From Flaccisagitta enflata (taxonomy: Eukaryota), in NCBI GenBank assembly GCA_965153355.1, contig OZ231126.1:33356001-33420000 (forward strand): DNA of 64,000 nucleotides. Reading direction: 5' to 3'. Made by a program: the position numbers and the translations under genes. Positions 14,290 to 22,600 of this stretch are shown piece by piece (positions within the stretch are counted from its first letter, which is position 1; each line of letters begins with the position of its first letter). The notes under the pieces were generated by a model. The model was not told the DNA's origin. It saw only the letters and a list, made by a program, of their open reading frames with translations, and searched no databases.

Positions 14290-17200
14290 TCAATGAACGG
14301 GTTCGTCCCACGGAAACCATTCCAGCACGAAGAGGCTAGCGGAGATGTGTTGGAATAGCGCCGGCGAGCAGTCGTCGAACTTCGTTACGAGGTCGTCAAA
14401 ATGCACGCAGCAGTGATTCTGCTGGAGCACGACCTGCGCGGCTTGGTTTAGGAAACTCTCCCCGCGATGGGAGACATGTTTTCCGAGAGAGCGAAGGCGT
14501 GGGAAACGGATTTCAAAGTATGTATTGCAGAATTGTTTAAACACCTCGCTCGCTTGCGAACGGATCTCCTTCGTCTCAATCGACTTGATGAACTCCCGGA
14601 TGGAGTCAGCAGGCAGAGCGTCGCAGCCGACCACGAAAAAGTGGTAAACCGTTGCGGTTAGGGTTGGCCGAATTGACAGGACAGCGATCGTTTTCGCTGG
14701 GCAACGCAAATCATTCAGGTAATGCCAGAATAGGAGCAGCTTGTCGGCGGGGGCGATTACGTCTCTAATGAGACGCTTCATCTCGTCGGCACTTTGAATC
14801 CTTTGATTATCGTCGATGAATTGATGAAAGCGGTCGTCTAAATTGCATTGGATGGAGGGCAATGACGGACACGGACCCGTGGAGGGCAAGTCCCAACTTT
14901 GCGCGCAGTGGGATGCTAGCGCCTGAGAACCCGCGGATCGGAACGAAAGGGCTTGCATAATGAGCGGGCGCAACGACGCCTCTTCGCCTAGTAAGAGTAC
15001 TTTTTGCAAGGCTCCTTGAAAGTTGGACCTGCCCTCGGTAACTGCATTTGCAATGGAACTGACCGAAACGACGACCTGTTTCCGTAGAAGCGCCGTGGGG
15101 AGTCGCAGGCCATACTGCTTGCACATTTTGTTGATAAGCGATTTTAACTGGGCGTCGTCCAATACCCGGAGATAGTGGAGTTGTTGCTGATTGTGATAAA
15201 AGATTTGCTTCTGCGCAAGGCTCATTCTCTCCTCCAGGGGCATATCGTAGACCGCCGTGTAAAAGTCGAGGTAAGGTTGCAAATCCCCCTTGTTATTCTC
15301 AAAGTGGGTCACAGCATCGCGGAGGCAGGAGCTTAAGTTCAGCATCGGGTCCATCCTTCCGTATTTGAGGCGCCTAGCTGCGACTGACACGTCCAGTATA
15401 GCTGCAGAGGCAAAACCCTTCAGAAAACGGGCCTTCTCGTTGTCCTCCCATAGCGACGCCAATTCGGTAAGGGTGGCGCGAAGAGCGGCGTCGACAATCT
15501 TGGTGTGCGTGCTGAATGTGCGGGCAGCGGCGGCCAAGTATTCTGGCGCGTTACGAGATGGGAGTTCGGATATCACACCCTTATATTCTTGTTTACCGTG
15601 CCATAATGCATTCTTGATTTTCTGAATGCGCCATCCGTAGAGGTCTGTTGCCACCTCGATTGACGGGTGTTGAAGGAGGGCGTCGATCTTGAATTGAGTG
15701 GAGGGCTCGTCATGCGGTGCTGGATGACCGTCAGAGCAGGGGGCCGGAGATGCAGTATTTTCTGGAGCCATAGCACCGCTAGCCTCCAGAACTTCGCATT
15801 CACCAACCTCCGTCTCCTCCAATTGGCCTTCCTCTTCTTCATCAATCGTCACAGCAAATGGTCCATCGGGGAGGGACTGCTCCTCTGTCTCCATTTTGTC
15901 CAATTCTGGGATAGTGACATCTGGAGCCGATTTCGTGTCCTGAACTGGCGGCTGTTTAGTTGGAGCCGACAGCTCCTGAACAAATTTGTCGCATTCAGCC
16001 AGTAAGACTTCATCTTCAGGAGTGAACTCGACGTTTGGTTCGTCCATCTGGACGACAACCAGAGTCTCCGACTCATCCTCTGATTCGGAATACACAATGT
16101 CATCCATGTGGACGACTGATGCAACATTTTCCCTCTCCTCGATGCTCTCGATCGCTTTGTCCTTTGCTTCGAACAGGAAGTTGTCCAGTGCTTGGCGAGA
16201 CGAAAAGAAATCCCCATCGGCGTTGATACCATCAAGCATGGCGTTGAGGAACTCTTCGAATCCCTCCCTAGTGCTTTTTAACCGGTCTGGGTTGGTCGGC
16301 TCATTGTCGATGTCTTCCCAATCACAATCGCCTGACCCAGTGGTCAGCTCGCGAATTCGATTCTTTTCGCTTTCTTTCCACAATCCGTAGATGTGGCGCA
16401 GGAGGAAGTGGATTTCTAGCGGACTGTTGCACGGCATTAACGCGGCGGGAAATCTTGCGGCGGCGGCCTGGCAAACTGGAAAGAACCAGTCTGGCGTTGA
16501 TGATTTAGTGACGGACAGGCAAATATCGGAGTCGAAGTCGTCCGGGCATGTGCTAACGCCAGATGGACCAGCGGAAAGACGGCGGTCGGGGAAAGTGACG
16601 CAGAAATGGTCAATCGGGTGGGTTGCGTCGTTATTGGTGGCATTGAGTATCATCTTGATGGACACCGGGTCGGCAAACGCGTACGCGAGTTGTTTTTCAG
16701 TGAGTTTCTTGACCCACCAGTGGCTCATGGCGATGAGAATGTCTTTTGGCCAGGTTAGGTCTGGGAAGGCGCGGTGAAACATGTCGAGTGCGTTCTTTTC
16801 ACAGTTTCTCCCCCAGCGATCTGCCATTATGTCCTCCATGTCCGCGTATTTGATACCGATCAAACGCCCGCCGTAGAAGGAGTTGACGATATGCGCCAAG
16901 TCGTCAAACATTGAGATGTTGACGATGCGCATGGCTGGATGGGTGAGGACTTCTCCAAACTTTGGTGGGAGCCTGCGTTCTCCTCCATATTCAGTTTCAA
17001 CCAATTGTGTGGCTTGCAGGATGAAGGTGCACTCGTCCTCCTTGTCCTCTAGGACGGCCACTTGGATTACGTGGCAGCTGGATGGGAGTAGGCCCTGTTG
17101 CGCTTTCTGCGCCTGAACCGCATAGTAGTCGCGGATTTTCTGTTCGGGGCGCTTTTTCCGCCATGCCTTTTGAATTCGCTTTGTGGTGACCTCGCGCTGG

Positions 17201-17556
17201 CGGATCTCCTCTTCGCTGACACCCGCGTTTTGGAGGGAGCGACGATGATGGTAGTACTCGTCTCCCGGAACAATTTTGCCTTCAGGGTTACGAACGCGCT
17301 GTCGTAGTGGGGTGTCTTTGTTAACCTGATCGCCTTCGCGATCGGCCAGCAACGTCACTGTTTCCCCTTTGGCTTGTGCGTCGTTTGCTAACTTGAGAAT
17401 TTTGTCCAAATAGACATCTAATTCCCAAGATCGCTTGCACGTCCTCTTCCTTCGTTCTTCGTCGGTCATGAACTCGAAAATCCTGCGTTTTGTGGTTGCC
17501 TGAAACTGTTTCTGCTTCTCATGCTCCTCTCGGATGTTGAAGCGCTTTTTCGCCAT
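14290..17556 (-). CDS. ORF4: 1088-aa protein with N-terminal DEDDy 3'-5' exonuclease, acidic linker, and C-terminal EXD3/Mut-7-like helical region + degenerate exonuclease
   Basis: ExoI LLADREG (D72,E74), VIQVA, EVLTHPAMRIVNISMFDDL (ExoII D219), SHW..KLTEKQLAYAFAD (ExoIII Y292,D296): RNase D/WRN/EXD-type pattern. Intact ORF inside the LTRs, ATG context GAAAATGG. Confidence 0.85.
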   Translation of the reverse strand: MAKKRFNIREEHEKQKQFQATTKRRIFEFMTDEERRKRTCKRSWELDVYLDKILKLANDAQAKGETVTLLADREGDQVNKDTPLRQRVRNPEGKIVPGDEYYHHRRSLQNAGVSEEEIRQREVTTKRIQKAWRKKRPEQKIRDYYAVQAQKAQQGLLPSSCHVIQVAVLEDKEDECTFILQATQLVETEYGGERRLPPKFGEVLTHPAMRIVNISMFDDLAHIVNSFYGGRLIGIKYADMEDIMADRWGRNCEKNALDMFHRAFPDLTWPKDILIAMSHWWVKKLTEKQLAYAFADPVSIKMILNATNNDATHPIDHFCVTFPDRRLSAGPSGVSTCPDDFDSDICLSVTKSSTPDWFFPVCQAAAARFPAALMPCNSPLEIHFLLRHIYGLWKESEKNRIRELTTGSGDCDWEDIDNEPTNPDRLKSTREGFEEFLNAMLDGINADGDFFSSRQALDNFLFEAKDKAIESIEERENVASVVHMDDIVYSESEDESETLVVVQMDEPNVEFTPEDEVLLAECDKFVQELSAPTKQPPVQDTKSAPDVTIPELDKMETEEQSLPDGPFAVTIDEEEEGQLEETEVGECEVLEASGAMAPENTASPAPCSDGHPAPHDEPSTQFKIDALLQHPSIEVATDLYGWRIQKIKNALWHGKQEYKGVISELPSRNAPEYLAAAARTFSTHTKIVDAALRATLTELASLWEDNEKARFLKGFASAAILDVSVAARRLKYGRMDPMLNLSSCLRDAVTHFENNKGDLQPYLDFYTAVYDMPLEERMSLAQKQIFYHNQQQLHYLRVLDDAQLKSLINKMCKQYGLRLPTALLRKQVVVSVSSIANAVTEGRSNFQGALQKVLLLGEEASLRPLIMQALSFRSAGSQALASHCAQSWDLPSTGPCPSLPSIQCNLDDRFHQFIDDNQRIQSADEMKRLIRDVIAPADKLLLFWHYLNDLRCPAKTIAVLSIRPTLTATVYHFFVVGCDALPADSIREFIKSIETKEIRSQASEVFKQFCNTYFEIRFPRLRSLGKHVSHRGESFLNQAAQVVLQQNHCCVHFDDLVTKFDDCSPALFQHISASLFVLEWFPWDEPVH

Positions 17557-17656
17557 TTTCGTCGCCGTCGTCCTTAGTTGGCGTTGAATTCAATGGTCGC
17601 AATAGTTGCGGGCGAAAAGAAAGAAAAGAGAATTTTAGAATAGTCCGCCAGTCCTA

Positions 17657-17689
17657 CCACTGGTATCCTAGCGGTATTTCTTATATATA
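17657..17689 (-). promoter_or_regulatory. Candidate internal TATA + Inr promoter for ORF4
   Basis: Minus strand TATATATAAG, then CCAGT about 28 nt downstream. No ATG between it and the ORF4 start. Confidence 0.35.
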
Positions 17690-17941
17690 GTCATTGTACT
17701 CATATCACTCTGGTCATTACCTTTATTCTAGTCGTCAATTTTGGATTGAATTTTGCCAAAGAAACTGTCCCAATTAAATCTATCGTCTTATTTTTAAATT
17801 ATCCCTGGAAAAATCAAAAAACAACAAATTCAAATACAAAACCCAATCACATTGACGAGCCACATACTAGTCACTAAAGTCACGATACAAAATCAATGCT
17901 TCAACGTCGGATCATAGAGCAAGCCCAAATAGGCTTCTGGC

Positions 17942-18715
17942 TCAGAATTTGACGCAAAATTTTCGGTTGGAGATGAAGCGGCGGCCAGGAGTGAGAGTGC
18001 GAGTGCCGAGACGGCTCATCACTTCCTTCACGCAGTAGAGGAAACCGTCGACCTCGTACGGGATGAGATGAACGTCGTCATTCTCGAACAATGAGTCCTT
18101 TGTTGGGCGACGGCCCCCATAAACTCGCTTTTTGCCCTGATTGCGTGCGGTATAGTATTTTAGAGTGTTCACGTGATGATGGTCAGGGCCAAATTGGGGG
18201 ATGCGACTTTCGAGGAGAGAAATTTGAAAGTTAATGTGGCCCGGAGATCGACGAGCGAAGGGGGACATGGTCACGATCTTTTGGCCATTGCGCTTCCTGC
18301 GATAAACCTCCTGCAGGTCCTCGACAACGTCACTGTATTTGTTTCTGGGGGCCTGATTGTTGGTGGTGGGCCCCTCGCTGAAATGGAGTCGTCGTTTTCC
18401 CTTGGGTCCGGAAACGTACTCAACGCGTGGCGGGGCGGGGATGGGTGTTGCGCGTCTACCCAAATCATTCGTCCCTAGGCCGCCAACAATGATGAACTCG
18501 GCCCTTGCCGCTATCGGGTGGGCCATCAGTGCAATGATGTCGGCGACTGTGCCGCCGCTGATAGAGAGGATGAGGGCGTCGGGCATTGGCGTGTAATCTC
18601 GGGGGTTTTCGCAGGGGCCCCGACCCTGGCTGTCCATGAGGACGAGGGTGGTGAAACGGCGAGGGTCGCCGGCTTCTTTCACCCATTTGCCATTGAACTT
18701 TCGTGGGAACACCAT
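17942..18715 (-). CDS. ORF3: SGNH/GDSL-family hydrolase (esterase-like), 257 aa from first ATG
   Basis: Block I LVLMDSQ (Ser29), block II ISGG, block III GTND (Asn83), block V DDVH (Asp213/His216), in the right order and spacing. ATG context GAAATGG. Confidence 0.85.
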   Translation of the reverse strand: MVFPRKFNGKWVKEAGDPRRFTTLVLMDSQGRGPCENPRDYTPMPDALILSISGGTVADIIALMAHPIAARAEFIIVGGLGTNDLGRRATPIPAPPRVEYVSGPKGKRRLHFSEGPTTNNQAPRNKYSDVVEDLQEVYRRKRNGQKIVTMSPFARRSPGHINFQISLLESRIPQFGPDHHHVNTLKYYTARNQGKKRVYGGRRPTKDSLFENDDVHLIPYEVDGFLYCVKEVMSRLGTRTLTPGRRFISNRKFCVKF

Positions 18716-18924
18716 TTCGATATTGTTATGAATCTCTGTGGAATTTGGAGAGGGGAGTTGCTTCAATTATCGAGTCGAGCCGTGCCCAAATGTGCACATG
18801 GAATGACAAACAGTCAACTTGGCCAGTGACAAACGGGTACAGTCGTGCGGATAAGCGCCTGCGTATTGCAGCCCTAGACAAACAATGGTTGGACTGCACG
18901 TTCATAACAATGTCTTTACCCATA

Positions 18925-19415
18925 CGATGTAACCGGTTTAACCACGCGACTTGGATTTTTTGATTATTGTACTGATGTAACCGACGTACTAACGCGACTT
19001 AGTTTTCCATCACTACGTCCCCGTCCGTCAGTTTTTGAGAGCTATCATGAGGATACACCCCGGTCCGACCAGCATGGCAGGAGTGCCCCTCAAAGATGTC
19101 GCGTTACCGCGCATCTAGGTGTTAACCAGTACCCATACAGTTCCCCATCAATATATTGACCCGGCTGACGTAACCACGCGACTGGTTTTCATTACCGCCC
19201 TTGCGTCCGTCAGTCCTTGAGAACCATTGTAAGGATACACCCCGGTCCAAACAGCATGGCAGGAGTGTTTTGAAGAGGTTGCGTTACCACGCATCCTGGA
19301 TGCTAACTAATATCTTACATAGTTTCTCATTGCTATTTATTCATCGTCAAAGCAAAAAAAAAAGGAATGATAGGGAACATGGATACACCCCGGTCCAAAC
19401 AGCATGGCAGGAGTG
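18925..19415. repeat. Diverged tandem repeats (~180 bp unit) with a 35-bp conserved core in the pol-ORF3 spacer
   Basis: Core GGATACACCCCGGTCC(G/A)A(C/A)CAGCATGGCAGGAGTG at 19051-19085, 19233-19267 and 19381-19415. Flanking unit sequence is also duplicated. Confidence 0.85.
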
Positions 19416-19655
19416 ACTTAATACCACTGATAGCCATAGTTGATAAAACTGCTTTTATTTACACTACATGTGTAGATTAAGAGTAAAAACATGTCGACAG
19501 TAATAAAAGTAACAACGAACATTGCAAATGTAAAATTTCTTCGGTCCACCAACGAGGTTCCCAAAGATCTAAATTATGGTTGTTTTTGTTTGGTTTTGTA
19601 TTTTGTTTTTTTTTTTTTTTTTTTTTTGTTCCGTTTTGTATATTTGGGTGTCATA

Positions 19656-22600
19656 CTACGATTGTTGTTTGGGCTTTGCTGCCCTTCTTGGAGGCAATTC
19701 ATCTATTGCTTGTTCGGAAAAGCCAGGGTTGTTGTGACTTTGAAGCTTTTTGAGTGCTTGAATAGTTTTCTTGCTTGCCACCAGGGCTGGACTCGCCGCT
19801 GCGGCTGTTGCCGCTGCTTCAGGCGCTGACGATGTCCTTGGTCTTGAAGTTTGTGGTGTGATTGGAGTATTCGCTTGTCGAGGCTTTTTAGGTGCTGATG
19901 TCACCGTTGTTGGGATGGACCTTGGAGTTGAAGTAGATGGTCCGGCTTTGGGAGTTCTGCTTGAGGCGCTACTCGAACGACTCGACCCGGTTTTGAACAT
20001 TGTTGGGGTTAAGCCCGTGAGTCGGAAGACATCTGAGATTGAACGCGGTTGATTTGAAGTTTCTTCGTCTGAATCATCAACTAGCTCTTGCAGTGGCACT
20101 TGCTCTGAGATTCCTTCGTTGTTTGAGATTGCTTGTAAATGTTGGTTGATATCAGATGACGTTGAAGGAGCAATTTGTAAGCGAGTTAATGATGGAATTT
20201 TACTTGCAGGAACTGCTTTTGGCTTCGGGATTGATCGAGCTTTAGGGATTGCACCCGCTGGGTTGTTGCGATTGGGTGCTGTGGCAGTCACGACTTGAAG
20301 CGGAGAAGAAGGAGTTGGCAATGGAACTGGAGGTATGGCGGCAGAGTGCCCACTGTGCCCCTGCTGCCCGTTACCGTTATTGCTTGTTTGAGAACTCCCA
20401 CCCACGTGGGCGGATGAGTTTGGTTTCTTTCTTACTCCAGTGACAACGTTGCTGACTGCTAGGAGGAGCTCCAACGCCTTTGGGTTGAGTTTCTGTTGTG
20501 AGTTTTCCTCAAGAGTGGGTGTTGGATCGATCAATTCGGTTTCCTCTTGTGGCCTTGGGAATTTTGGAGCGTGGTATTGTTTTAGGTCACACTGTGGCCT
20601 GACAAGTTCTTCGTCATCGCGCCTGATAACATATGTGTTGCCAATTTCGTGGTCTGGTGGATCGATGCGTTCGTGTACTTCCCATGGACCATCGAATTTG
20701 ACTTTCATTTTGTTTCCCTTGTTCAGGTGAAGTTCCCGCATGACTTGCTCCCCTTTTTGGAATGGGTCTGTGTGTGTTTTCCCTTTGGGTGGCTGTGCCA
20801 TTTTCTCCATGTAATTGGTGTGGAGTTCTTCCTTCAATTCATGGATCTTTTCGAGCTGCTTTTGGTGATGCTGCACGTACGCTTTCGTGTCTTTGCTCCA
20901 ATCTTTGGTTTCAGGCGGTGATGGTAGGGCGTCCTGGAGCGGCACTCGTGCTTCGCGACCAAACATTTTGAGGTGAGGCGTTAGGCCATCAGATGTGTGT
21001 GGCGTTGTGTTGTAACCCAGTTCCAGGGATGGGAGGTACTTCGTCCATTGTGGACCCCACTGGGCGACTCGCTTGCAAAGTTCGGCGATAATTGTCCGGT
21101 TCTTGCGTTCAGTCTGGCCCTGACTGGCGGGGTGGTACGCCATTCCAAACTCTTTGCGGATTCCGTACACTTTTGTTAGCGCCTCAATGAGTTGATTTTT
21201 AAACTCCCCACCGTTATCGGTCCGCCAGATGGCTGGCGAGCCGAAACGGCGGATGAACTGCCATAAATGCTTTGCAACTGTGACCGCCTGTTTCCCCGCC
21301 ATTGGATAGAAGCAACAGTACTTGGTGTACACATCCTCGATAACGAGGATGTGGTCGCAGCCGTGCGACAAAATCGGAAGTTCTAGCAGATCAGCTTGGA
21401 TGGTGTGGAGTGGATACTTTGCTTTCTGAGGGAGGACGCGGACTGCTTTTCTGTAGTTAGTTTCGCCTCGACACATTTGGCACTCTCGGCATGATTTCAC
21501 CTTTTCCTCGATGTCCTTCCTTATTGTTGGCCATACACAAAATCTCAGTGCTCTGCTTAAAGAACGTTTCTGTCCAGCATGGCCTGCAAATGCGTCGCCA
21601 TGAATTCGGTGAAGGACTTCTCCAATCAAGAGGTATGGTACTACTACGCGTAAACAAGTTTCCCCGAGCGGATTTTTGAACGACTGGTAGAGAACATCCT
21701 CGATGACTTCAAGGTTTTCAATTTGGTTGATGTACCATAAACTGAGGCTTTTTGGTGCAGGTTTGTCTTTCCCTTCATAGACCCAGCATTTTGCTAGTCG
21801 GATGTCTGGATCGTCATTTTGGCCTTCGCGGATGCGTTCTTTTAAATCTTCGTCTGCGTTGGACAAGACTTCGGCTATCGGGGCTTCTGAAGTGGACATA
21901 GCTCCTAAGAAGATGTACTCCTCGTCGGGAGTCTTTGGATTATCTGGATGAGGCGCTCTTGAGAGCGCGTCTGCGTCAGAGTTTTTCTTCCCTTCTTTGT
22001 GACGGAGGTCCATTTCGTAGGATGCTAATTCGATTGCCCAGCGCGTGCGACGACCAGTCGCATCTTTCTCATCATTGAGAGTTCGGCAAGACAAGAGTGG
22101 GCGATGGTCGGTGAAGCACAAGAACTTCCTGTATCTCAGATAATGGGAGAATTGGCGCGTTGCCCATACCAACGCCCAAAACTCTTTGTCGTACGTGCAC
22201 CAGGCTGCTTGTTGGCGCGTGAGCTTTTGTGATGCGCAGGCTACCATTTGTTCGCAATTGCGTTCATCACGTTGCGAAAGGACGCAACCAACCGTCGTGT
22301 CGGACGCATCTGTTTTCAAAATGAAGTCGCGTTTGAAATCCGGGAATGCGCACGCTGTGCCCTCAAGAAGCATTGACTTAAGCGCCTCGTAAGATTTTTG
22401 TTGCGCGTCGGACCATGAAAACGGCTGGTCCTTCAGGAGCAGGTTAGTCATGGGTTCGGAAATCTTTGCGAAGTTTGGTAAATGGCTTCTGTAGTAGTTA
22501 CAAAGGCCGATGAAGCCCCTGACCTCCGATTCGTTCTTTGGGACTGGCCACTCACTGATTTTCTTCAAGTTGTGTGGATCTGGTTTGATCCCTTCCTCCG

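Noticed and set aside
14290-18766. ORF3/ORF4 as an env gene (errantivirus-like)
   Set aside because: No evident signal peptide, fusion peptide or C-terminal transmembrane anchor; motifs indicate SGNH and DEDDy folds.
18716-18766. ORF3 start at 18766 as given in the ORF track
   Set aside because: That codon is TTG; the first ATG in good context is at 18715.
19180-19215. Hammerhead ribozyme-like CTGACGGA...GAAA in the spacer repeats
   Set aside because: Core deviates from CUGANGA, stem II does not abut GAAA, and I cannot find stems I/III in both copies.
19051-19415. CRISPR-like array
   Set aside because: Only three cores, intervening sequences are >100 bp and partly homologous to each other, eukaryotic context, no cas genes.
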